Shown in pieces: positions 47,315-55,650 of a stretch of 64,000 bases of DNA. The notes under the pieces were generated by a model. It saw only the letters and a program-made list of their open reading frames with translations, did not search any database and was not told where the DNA came from. This DNA comes from a virus. Both the position numbers and the translations under genes were made by a program. Within the stretch, counting starts at the first letter, position 1, and each line of letters begins with the position of its first letter. The stretch spans positions 4,418 to 68,417 of the IMG/VR virus record IMGVR_UViG_3300042549_005369, one strand, 5' to 3'.

Positions 47315-49363
47315 TTAATCCTCAATGGCTCTGGATACGGCGAATCCTCTCCAAGTATGCTCTGACGGTCTGTCCGCGCAATCCTCTTTCCAAGTTCGGC
47401 CTTTTGCTATTTTCATGGCTTGCGCTGCGTGGTGACTTCCCCAGCATCCTTTCATTCTGGGGAATGCACTAGTGTCGTGCATACAAATGACCTTGGCACC
47501 CCAAGCTACCGCCCGAAGAGTGTCGCTGACTGCCCACCAATCGTGATTCCCGTCAATGAAAACAAAGTCGGCTCTGGTGATTGTAGTGTTGCACGCTGGA
47601 GTGGTGTGAATGGTTATTTTTGTTTGATCTACCGCCATTTTTAGGACATCCAAAAGTTCTTTTTTGATGTCGATTTCTACGATGTGTAGGTGATCCAGTT
47701 TTCCCATGTTGAGTGCTTCGATTAAAGCCGTTGTGCTACGCCCCTTAAAACTTCCTATCTCCACAGCAACCCTGCTGCCTTCCCAATCAGAGATTGCTTC
47801 TTGGTGCAGCATGTAGATGTGCCGATCATCCATTGACCATTCTTTGTCCCCCGAATGCGGGTATTTGCTTAAATCAAAAGTAACAATATCTTCGTTTTCC
47901 ATAATTCTTGGTTTCCATTTTCTTTTGTGCTCGGGATACCAAGTGCCAGAATACAGGTGTATTCCGTATTGATAGTCGTGCTTTAATGCTCCTGACATAA
48001 ATGCCTTTCGCGTCTTTTTCGCTGAACTGGCGAGGTAAACCCCAGTGTCCAATCTAAGAATGCCATTATACTGCCTGCCGATGCTTGGTAGTGTTGTGCA
48101 CGAGGAGTAATCACATACGGTATTCAACGCCCGTTGAACTGCTTTCGGCCCTGTGGTAGCTATCACATCGCAATCTTTCCTGTTTGATATGTCACCGATA
48201 TGGTCACGTATCGCTTGGGCGGTGCGGCTTGCCCTCTTGGCCATAAAGATAGCGTTGATCGACCTACTTCCTGCCATCTCGTCTGAGTAGCAAAAGTCTG
48301 TTACATGTTGGAAAATACCCCAACAATTTTTGTATGGCCTAATGTCTAAGTCCGTGTAGACACCACCTTCGTTCGCCATAATCTCTAACCGAAGTAGGTC
48401 GGCTCGCATTATCACCGTAAGTGACGTATCTTTCACGTTTTCGCTAAGGTACGGGCAGTTAGCGACTGCTGCTTCATCCCACAATTTGAACTCAAAATCT
48501 GGGTGTAATTCTACCCATTCCTGCATTATCCTTTCGCACTCAATAGGCATTCGGCTTTGACCGATCCAAATGAAATGAATTGTTTTATTGTGTCCCTCTT
48601 CTTCGTTGTTCATATTACCAATTTCTTCTGAGTTTGCATGACTGACTTCTTCGGAACCCGCCGTGGTGTTTTCTTCTGGCGAGACATTGCCAATTTCCTC
48701 GGGGCTTTCATCGGGAAATCGCTCATCCAACCATGCGATTAGCTCGGGGGTAAAACCCCTGTCGCACCAGTTTACAAAAATCTTTTCTGCCGATGGGGTG
48801 TTGCGGAACTCGTTGTAGTATTGTGCTTCTACCCCGAAACGCCGTGGATGATTTCGCTTTGACAGAATCCAAGACTCGAATGGGAACTTGCCCGCCATGT
48901 TCGGCCAATCGGCAAAGCTCTCGTCGATCATGCTTTTGTCGAACCAATACGGGCCGTGTGGCTTGGAGTAATCCCAAGGGGTGTAACCTTCTTTTTCAAG
49001 TCGAACTCGGATTTCTTCGAGTTTTTTGCCCCAGCTAGTCCAAATCCTGCCCCAAGACTTTCTTGCGGGCGTAGCCATTAGTTGCTCGGCTGTTTGGTCT
49101 TGGATCAATACGCAGTCATCATACCACCAAAAGAACCCGTCTGGGTAGGTGTCTGCCGCTAGTTTCAATGCGGACTTCAGTTTCCCCTGCGTTTGTTTAA
49201 GCCAAGTCCCCTGATACCAGTCAGGCTTTTTTGGGCCAACAAGGACGACTTCATACTCGCCTTGGAAGTGCTCCGCAAAGCCCCTGAGTGCGTATCTCAG
49301 TTCTTTTCCGTTTTTGAATTTTCCGCCACATGGGCTGTATGGTATGCAAATGGTGTGTTTCAT
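47315..49363 (-). CDS. tri-domain protein: Stealth-like + GT32 (Och1-like) glycosyltransferase + SAM methyltransferase
   Basis: ELRYALRG, WYDD, PHGP; IHFIWIG, RADLLRLE, GGVYTDLD, TGP; VEIGSFKGRST, FIDGNH, MHD. Confidence 0.85.
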   Translation of the reverse strand: MKHTICIPYSPCGGKFKNGKELRYALRGFAEHFQGEYEVVLVGPKKPDWYQGTWLKQTQGKLKSALKLAADTYPDGFFWWYDDCVLIQDQTAEQLMATPARKSWGRIWTSWGKKLEEIRVRLEKEGYTPWDYSKPHGPYWFDKSMIDESFADWPNMAGKFPFESWILSKRNHPRRFGVEAQYYNEFRNTPSAEKIFVNWCDRGFTPELIAWLDERFPDESPEEIGNVSPEENTTAGSEEVSHANSEEIGNMNNEEEGHNKTIHFIWIGQSRMPIECERIMQEWVELHPDFEFKLWDEAAVANCPYLSENVKDTSLTVIMRADLLRLEIMANEGGVYTDLDIRPYKNCWGIFQHVTDFCYSDEMAGSRSINAIFMAKRASRTAQAIRDHIGDISNRKDCDVIATTGPKAVQRALNTVCDYSSCTTLPSIGRQYNGILRLDTGVYLASSAKKTRKAFMSGALKHDYQYGIHLYSGTWYPEHKRKWKPRIMENEDIVTFDLSKYPHSGDKEWSMDDRHIYMLHQEAISDWEGSRVAVEIGSFKGRSTTALIEALNMGKLDHLHIVEIDIKKELLDVLKMAVDQTKITIHTTPACNTTITRADFVFIDGNHDWWAVSDTLRAVAWGAKVICMHDTSAFPRMKGCWGSHHAAQAMKIAKGRTWKEDCADRPSEHTWRGFAVSRAIED

Positions 49364-49372
49364 GTGGTCGTT

Positions 49373-49720
49373 TTACGTCGTGACTTCCGCGTTCAAAACA
49401 TCTGGATCAATAGGAGTGTAAATTCCTGTTGGGTCGCATGGGTCGCCGTTCTTAATCGCAATGGTAAACCCGCCACCATCCCACATCTCCCAACGGTTCA
49501 ATGCTGGTTTCCAGTCAATGTTGATGAAATCACCAGACGACGCGACGTAGTTACCGAATGCGTTCAGTGTTGCCCCACCCGAATATATTCCTGCGTTGCG
49601 CTCCCAGAAAACACTGACGGTCGTAGGTTTGTCGCAACTGCTTCCAATTCCGCTGCTGCCACTTCCCGAAAGGAAAGACGACGACCCGCTGGACGAGACT
49701 TTTGAACTGCCATAGCTCAT
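49373..49720 (-). CDS. small protein with Ser/Gly-rich N-terminus
   Basis: MSYGSSKVSSSGSSSFLSGSGSSGIGSS; ATGA-coupled. Confidence 0.65.
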   Translation of the reverse strand: MSYGSSKVSSSGSSSFLSGSGSSGIGSSCDKPTTVSVFWERNAGIYSGGATLNAFGNYVASSGDFINIDWKPALNRWEMWDGGGFTIAIKNGDPCDPTGIYTPIDPDVLNAEVTT

Positions 49721-50979
49721 TCAGATACCCCCTTGTCTCGGAGAGCCTCGATGATTTGTTCGCGGGTCATTCTTGGGTTGAGGCGACATTCGTTGTCCAC
49801 GAAGTCGTCGTAGGTAGCGTATTGCGACCTGATACCCGCAAAGCCTCGACGAACGCCCTTCAGCATGACACTCGTTTTCTGCATCCGTTTCTTCGCGGAA
49901 TACCTTGAGGACAACAACAGAGAGTCCTGCTCAACGGTTGCGTTGCATGTCCCGATGTCGGGTGAAGCAAACGCACGGAGTGAATTGGGTTCGCAGGAGA
50001 ATACCACGATAGGGTCGATCTCAATTTTTGTCTTGCCTCGTTCGATTTGAAAGTCTTGGAAGTCGAAGAACAAAACCTCGGTAGCCTCCATGGCATACCA
50101 TTTGCGGTATCCGCCTTCAGGCGACGGGTGAATAGCTGTATCCTTAGATGACCCAGATGCGGCAGAGGATGCTGAGGATGCGGCAGAGGACGCGGAGGAT
50201 GCGGCTGAAGAAGCCGAAGAAGCCGAAGAAGCCGAAGAAGCCGAGGAGGCCGAGGAGGCCGAGGATGCAGACGAAGCTGAGGAGGCCGAGGAGGCCGAGG
50301 ATGCCGAGGACTCCGAAGACGCTTCTGCTTCGGGGATAAACGCAACGAACCAATACAGGTTGCCCACATGCGTTTGCAATACTGGGTCATTACGTTTGAC
50401 ATTTCCTATTTTTACCGCGTAGCCACAGCGATCACCTTCCCCTGAATCAGAACCACGAGAAAGGTTTGAGTCAAGTCTTGGTATTGCTTTGAGAGTTGGT
50501 TTGTCTGGCCCTTCGATTGTAAGTTTTACAGGTTCTGCGGTGCTTTCGTTTAGTTCGACTACCGCATACACGTCACCCCACCAGTCAAGTTGCAGCCATT
50601 TGTCGTCTTCGGTAAAGACTGCGGCTTCGTCCATGTCGGTGATTTTTACACCCTCGATAGGTTCTTGCGAGGCTAGTGAATTTACATCTTCAAGTAGGGC
50701 TCCGCTTGTGTCATAGATAAATTTTTTCTCGAAAACAATGGTCGTGACGTACCACTCTAACCATCCTTGGGTGATTCGTGCCCCACCATTTCCGTGATCT
50801 AGCTTAAATGCGTCGTTCCATGGGGTAAGTTGTGGGCTGGTGCTTCCTGACTGCATCGGCGCATTTATCCCCATTTCCACAGGTGGCCGTGGGCGTAGGG
50901 ACTCGCTGCCCTTTCTGCGCAAGTCTAAAAACGCCTGCGCTTCCGTGGGGGTAAAGTCTCTTAAAATTTTACCCTCCAT
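49717..50979 (-). CDS. putative tail protein with a long (SSA)n tract
   Basis: ~55-aa Ser/Ala tract (50155-50325); C-terminal YAMEATEVLFFD domain resembling tail-fibre C-termini. Confidence 0.7.
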   Translation of the reverse strand: MEGKILRDFTPTEAQAFLDLRRKGSESLRPRPPVEMGINAPMQSGSTSPQLTPWNDAFKLDHGNGGARITQGWLEWYVTTIVFEKKFIYDTSGALLEDVNSLASQEPIEGVKITDMDEAAVFTEDDKWLQLDWWGDVYAVVELNESTAEPVKLTIEGPDKPTLKAIPRLDSNLSRGSDSGEGDRCGYAVKIGNVKRNDPVLQTHVGNLYWFVAFIPEAEASSESSASSASSASSASSASSASSASSASSASSASSASSAASSASSAASSASSAASGSSKDTAIHPSPEGGYRKWYAMEATEVLFFDFQDFQIERGKTKIEIDPIVVFSCEPNSLRAFASPDIGTCNATVEQDSLLLSSRYSAKKRMQKTSVMLKGVRRGFAGIRSQYATYDDFVDNECRLNPRMTREQIIEALRDKGVSE

Positions 50980-52267
50980 ACAAACCTGAGATGTTAATTT
51001 CAACCACGGTCACTTCATAGAGATTCAAAGGTAGCTCGCGCACCTCGTATCCTATGGTGGCTGTGGTAAGTCCTATGAAAGTAGAGTATCCCGGCGTTGC
51101 TGGGTAACTAGAAGTGTAGACTCTCTCCCGTGTTGGTGTTGGGGTTGTTCCGTTCTCCGTAACGGTAATTTCCTCGTGAATGCTGGCGGGTAGTTGTTGC
51201 TGATTGGCGACCGCTGCCGTGTTGTTACCCTCTAAACTGGCTTTATACCACGCATATACGACTGCCATAGTCTCACGAACAGGTGCGGGGATTGCCGTAA
51301 GCGGATACGCGTCTTTAATGCTGTCGGGATCATCCGTGATGAATCGACGAATTGTGGCGGCGTATGGCCCCGGTCTTGGGTCTACTAACTTCCACTTGAA
51401 ATAAAAATTCTCGGAATACGACTCAAGTGCGCTGGTAGAATCGGCCCATGCCCACACCCATACAAGGTCGATGGACTCAAGTTTGCTTGGAAAAGGGTGG
51501 TCTCGGTAATCTGGTAGTGGAAGTTTTTCGTAGGGATAGTCGGGGTCTGACCCCTCTGCTCCAGTGATTAGTTCTCGGGTGATTCGGACATCATAAAATC
51601 GGTTCCCCTGTTTAATCTCGACTGTCTTACCCGCCTCTTGAGTTGGTGGGGTTGGGTAAATCTCCGCAGGTATGATCTCGCGGATAACTCTTACGTTTCT
51701 TTGGAAAGTGGTGTCCCACGCGATCTCCACGGTGATTGGTTCAATGAATCGCCGTTGGACGATGATGTATTGGCTGGTGAGTTCCTCGGGGGCGTCTATT
51801 ACAGTGTCATCAGCAAAACCGTATTTCACAAACCGAGTATCGGGGGTTCCGACAACTGGATAGGTAAACTCTCCATTCACCGTTGGGTTGGCCGCTGCGG
51901 CCTCCGCGTCACTACGTTCGTAGTAAAGGTGTCGTTGGACGAGGTAGGTTCGGATAAGCTGTTCGCCACTGTTTAACGTCCAGTTGTAGGCATCTTGGTT
52001 GATGCGGTCAGACGCAAAATACCACCGTGACCATTTATCTACCGATTGCGGAGAGACATGGACGAGTCGATGGTTTGGGTATCTGATGCGATCCTCAAAG
52101 GGGTCGCCAAACTTCCAGTTCTGGTTTTGAGGTAAATCGCCATTACGCTCCACGAAGAACATCAAGTCCCTGCGCTCGGGCGTAGGCCACAGCAACACGG
52201 GGTCAACCCGTGGTGCTGGTGTGCGCGGTTTTGGTTTGTTCCACTCGGTGTCTTCGGGGCGTGGCAT
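50969..52267 (-). CDS. putative structural (tail) protein
   Basis: 432 aa, beta-rich, downstream of the capsid gene. Confidence 0.6.
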   Translation of the reverse strand: MPRPEDTEWNKPKPRTPAPRVDPVLLWPTPERRDLMFFVERNGDLPQNQNWKFGDPFEDRIRYPNHRLVHVSPQSVDKWSRWYFASDRINQDAYNWTLNSGEQLIRTYLVQRHLYYERSDAEAAAANPTVNGEFTYPVVGTPDTRFVKYGFADDTVIDAPEELTSQYIIVQRRFIEPITVEIAWDTTFQRNVRVIREIIPAEIYPTPPTQEAGKTVEIKQGNRFYDVRITRELITGAEGSDPDYPYEKLPLPDYRDHPFPSKLESIDLVWVWAWADSTSALESYSENFYFKWKLVDPRPGPYAATIRRFITDDPDSIKDAYPLTAIPAPVRETMAVVYAWYKASLEGNNTAAVANQQQLPASIHEEITVTENGTTPTPTRERVYTSSYPATPGYSTFIGLTTATIGYEVRELPLNLYEVTVVEINISGLYGG

Positions 52268-52269
52268 GA

Positions 52270-52494
52270 TTACATCTCAAATGGAATTTTTACTTCAGGC
52301 TCTGCGTATTCTGCTTCTGCCATTTCTTCGGCTTCCATTTCCTCGCCTTCCATTTCTTCGGCGAGCGCGACTCCGTTGAGGGCAGTAATCATTGTTCCGT
52401 CTTCACCCATGACCAATGTGGCGACGGCCTCGAAGGGCTGTCCGGGCTTGGCGTCGGTGGGCATCTTGAATCCTTCGGGTAGTGTGATTTTCAT
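52270..52494 (-). CDS. small acidic protein
   Basis: MKITLPEGF...E-rich tail; upstream TTGCAA-17-CAGTAT (52532-52504). Confidence 0.65.
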   Translation of the reverse strand: MKITLPEGFKMPTDAKPGQPFEAVATLVMGEDGTMITALNGVALAEEMEGEEMEAEEMAEAEYAEPEVKIPFEM

Positions 52495-52561
52495 GTCGGA
52501 GAAATACTGCAACTAAATCTGCGGTATTGCAAGAAAAAATAAATGACTTCCGTACAAGGAT

Positions 52562-52589
52562 GATGCGCCCCCGTTTCCGAGGACGCACC
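52562..52589 (-). terminator. GC-rich hairpin after the capsid gene (no U tail)
   Basis: GGTGCGTCCTCG-GAAA-CGGGGGCGCATC on the minus strand. Confidence 0.45.
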
Positions 52590-52630
52590 AACCATTGCAA
52601 CCACTGTGCTGACGACACAGAAGAGGGTTA

Positions 52631-53854
52631 TCAGACGAAGAACGAATCTCCGCTGCCCAGATCGCTTTCGTCGCCGTTGCTGCCAGTGCATACGGACGAA
52701 CCGATGTCTTGTGGGCAGCGCAAGTGACGAATCACGATACCGAACTCAGGATGAACTGGTTTGGTAGCGGACATCATCAAGGAGCGGTAGAAGCCCCAAG
52801 CGTTGTCTGGGTTGTAATACGCGCTAGCGGAGTCCACGTTTTGCACGTTGAGCCACTTGAAGTCGCCTACGTATGTCTGTGCGGCGAAGGACGTGCCAGA
52901 ACCCACAGAACTGATTGGACGTGGGTGAAGCAGGGTCATCACACTCGGCAAGAAGACAATCGAGTCCGTGAAAGGAGCAGCGATATATGCTGGGCTGAGT
53001 TTCGCACGAGTTCCCACAGAAGCGGCAACCGACTCGTAGGGCAGAACTTCTTCCCAAACTCCACCTTCAAAGGTGTAGCGACGAGGAAGGTTGTCGATGG
53101 TGTGGTAGAAACCACGGATCGGACGTTCTACGCCGAGTGGTGCGAGAAGCTCCTGCACGCGCTTGTCGTTCCAAAGGAACGCGTTTTGCGTGTTGGTTTC
53201 GCGCATGATGGCATCCGAAGTCTCCATGTCGGTGATGAGGATGAACTGTGGGCGACCCTCGGCCATGCCGAAGCTGCCACCGTCCAACTCAGCACTGTTC
53301 TGAATGAGGTATTGATACCACTGGTTCAGGATGTTCTGGGTGAGGCGGGTGGTAGGAGCGATAGCTGGGAAGTCTGCGTCGTTGTAAGGCAGGCCGTTAG
53401 CAGCGATCACTTTCCATTCAGCGATGCGGGTGTATTCCAAGATCGCACGGCGTTTCCATGTGTAGGCAACCACGTTGCGGAGGTTGGCGAACACTTGCTT
53501 GATCTGCTCGTTCACCAAGTAGGCGTTGCGAGTGTCATTTACGCAAATGCGCTCGGACTCCTGAGCTTTTTGCACAAGCGAGTAGGTGCGTTCGGTATTA
53601 CCGCGAGGCACGACGTCGCCTGTAATGGCGCAGGTGTTAGAGTTGTCGTTAGGTGCTACTGCGCCCCACGTATCAATGTTGGCGGGAAGGTTCCGCTCAA
53701 CAGTAAGAACGCGTTGCGTATCCGATAAACCATTTGTCCACTCCTCTTTGGGAACAAGTTTGTTCCACACGGAGCGGTTGATGGTGGTCTTGTAAATGGT
53801 TCCAGCGAGATTGTTCTCGTTGCGAGCCAAACGGTCATTTAGTGCTAGTGCCAT
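52631..53854 (-). CDS. major capsid protein (putative)
   Basis: 407 aa directly after portal and scaffold, own strong promoter, downstream hairpin; called on synteny. Confidence 0.75.
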   Translation of the reverse strand: MALALNDRLARNENNLAGTIYKTTINRSVWNKLVPKEEWTNGLSDTQRVLTVERNLPANIDTWGAVAPNDNSNTCAITGDVVPRGNTERTYSLVQKAQESERICVNDTRNAYLVNEQIKQVFANLRNVVAYTWKRRAILEYTRIAEWKVIAANGLPYNDADFPAIAPTTRLTQNILNQWYQYLIQNSAELDGGSFGMAEGRPQFILITDMETSDAIMRETNTQNAFLWNDKRVQELLAPLGVERPIRGFYHTIDNLPRRYTFEGGVWEEVLPYESVAASVGTRAKLSPAYIAAPFTDSIVFLPSVMTLLHPRPISSVGSGTSFAAQTYVGDFKWLNVQNVDSASAYYNPDNAWGFYRSLMMSATKPVHPEFGIVIRHLRCPQDIGSSVCTGSNGDESDLGSGDSFFV

Positions 53855-54047
53855 GATGTTGTTTTATGTTTCTGGTTTTGGTTTTCCCAGAAGAAGAACT
53901 CATCAATGAATGCTGCCGCTGGGAGAGAATTGGGAAATTGGTATCGCACGGGTAAACCGTGGGAATGTCGATTTCCTCTCCCGAGCGCAGGACAGGTATA
54001 ATTTTAGCTCGAAGTTGCCGATTTAGGGAGTTCGGTGCTCCGAGGGA

Positions 54048-54076
54048 AAATTATGCGATTTGCGTAAAAATGTCAA
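54048..54076 (-). promoter_or_regulatory. sigma70-like promoter for the capsid gene
   Basis: TTGACA-17 nt-TAATTT (CATAAT overlapping). Confidence 0.65.
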
Positions 54077-54079
54077 CAG

Positions 54080-54112
54080 AAAAATCCCACCGCCTCAAAA
54101 AAGACGGTGGGA
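54080..54112 (-). terminator. rho-independent terminator after the scaffold gene
   Basis: TCCCACCG...CGGTGGGA followed by TTTTT on the minus strand. Confidence 0.75.
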
Positions 54113-54131
54113 CTGAACACACAGACAAAAA

Positions 54132-55304
54132 TTAGTCTCCGTATACTGGCACTGAATGCGACAGTGTTGGGGAAGTTGGGACACCCATAGAGGTCAAGAA
54201 ATCTTCCTCTGTCGCTGGTGGGCGAGTTTGTTCGTTGGGTGTTACGGAACCACTTGTGGCGTTTTTCCCTTTCACCCGAGAGCGAAGCGTAGCGTTTTCC
54301 TCTTGCAGCTTGGCGATGGTCTGAATCATCTTAGGGTGCAGGAGTGCTGCGGCTGCGGCAAATGCTTTGCCACGGGCGGGTTGCGCATCAAAATCGACCT
54401 CGGCGACCTTTTGCTCTAGCGAGCGGTAGCGGTCATCTTCGGTTTCTCCTTCGACAAGCGCAACGAAAGGCGTTTTTTCACGCATGATCTTGGTGGCGTC
54501 TTTGATGCTAGAAACGAATTGCTGTTTTGTTTCAGCTTTTTCTGTCTGTTCGCGTATGGCTGCTTTCTCAAGCTGTTCCTTGGCTGCGGCAGAGGCGTTG
54601 TTGCGCATGAGGTCTTGCTTGTCGAGTAGGATTCGGGCGTCCTTTACAGACGACCAAAGCTCAGCACGATCTACTTCATCCCAGCCTGCGGTAACTTCTT
54701 TGAAAGCTGCACGTTGTGCCGCTGGATCGGCTTCCCGCATCATTTCAAGCACTTGCTCAAAGTCGCAGTCGTTGGCTTTTGACAAGGTTTCTGCCAGCTC
54801 ACCGATTACTTGCAGAGGCTTGGCAATCGTTTCACGATACTCGCGAGTCGATTCTAGGCGAGTGACGGAGAGCTCCTTCTCGTAGGTGTCGAAGTCTTTG
54901 AGTTTATCTTCCAATTCTGGAAGACGCGCTGCCTTGTTTTGCAGTTCTTCGAGTTGTTGCTGCAAGGATTGAATCGTCTGATCTTTGGTGCTGAGAACGG
55001 ACTTGACTTCTTCGGCCTGCTGTTTGTGGCGGTCGCGGGATGCCCGAAGCGTATCCCAATCTTTGCGATTCTTTGGCGCATCAGGGACGGTTTCCTCCCC
55101 TTCCTCTGTCGGTGGCGTTTCCTCGGGCGGCGGAGTTTCTTCCGTCGAAGGCCGGGTTTCTTCCGCAGGAGTTGAAGCTGGGGTTTCTTCCGCAGGTGTT
55201 GCGTTGTCGAGAAGCCCAGAAACCATATCGTCCATCAGGTCTCCCGATGAACTTTGGGATTGGGCGGTGGCGGTGGCGTCGAGTATTGTGTCGAGTGATT
55301 CCAT
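54132..55304 (-). CDS. capsid scaffolding protein (putative)
   Basis: acidic Pro-rich N-terminus, long coiled coil, between portal and capsid genes. Confidence 0.7.
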   Translation of the reverse strand: MESLDTILDATATAQSQSSSGDLMDDMVSGLLDNATPAEETPASTPAEETRPSTEETPPPEETPPTEEGEETVPDAPKNRKDWDTLRASRDRHKQQAEEVKSVLSTKDQTIQSLQQQLEELQNKAARLPELEDKLKDFDTYEKELSVTRLESTREYRETIAKPLQVIGELAETLSKANDCDFEQVLEMMREADPAAQRAAFKEVTAGWDEVDRAELWSSVKDARILLDKQDLMRNNASAAAKEQLEKAAIREQTEKAETKQQFVSSIKDATKIMREKTPFVALVEGETEDDRYRSLEQKVAEVDFDAQPARGKAFAAAAALLHPKMIQTIAKLQEENATLRSRVKGKNATSGSVTPNEQTRPPATEEDFLTSMGVPTSPTLSHSVPVYGD

Positions 55305-55316
55305 GGTAGTCGTTGG

Positions 55317-55625
55317 TTATGGTTGTTTTGGTAGATCGTCTTCCGATTTCGCCAATCGACGTGCTTCCAGTTTTGTTGGGATGCGCGTTTCTTTGGTGAA
55401 AAAGTTAAGCAGGCGGACAAACTCGTTGGCACCCGCTGACTGGTGGAACTTTGCCACAGTCAAAGGTTGGTTGGCATCGGCCGTTGTCCCTGTGCGTGGT
55501 CGCATTAGGTCGTCGGCGATGTCCATAGCTTCTTGCAAAACTGGGTCGGCAAGAAGGGCTCTGAGTCGTGCGCGTTTCACCGCGTCAGTGGTGAACTGTT
55601 GTTGTGGTGTAGGGTCGTCAGACAT
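55317..55625 (-). CDS. small head-module protein
   Basis: 102 aa between portal and scaffold genes. Confidence 0.65.
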   Translation of the reverse strand: MSDDPTPQQQFTTDAVKRARLRALLADPVLQEAMDIADDLMRPRTGTTADANQPLTVAKFHQSAGANEFVRLLNFFTKETRIPTKLEARRLAKSEDDLPKQP

Positions 55626-55650
55626 AGTTACGGGTTTGAGTCGTCAGTAT

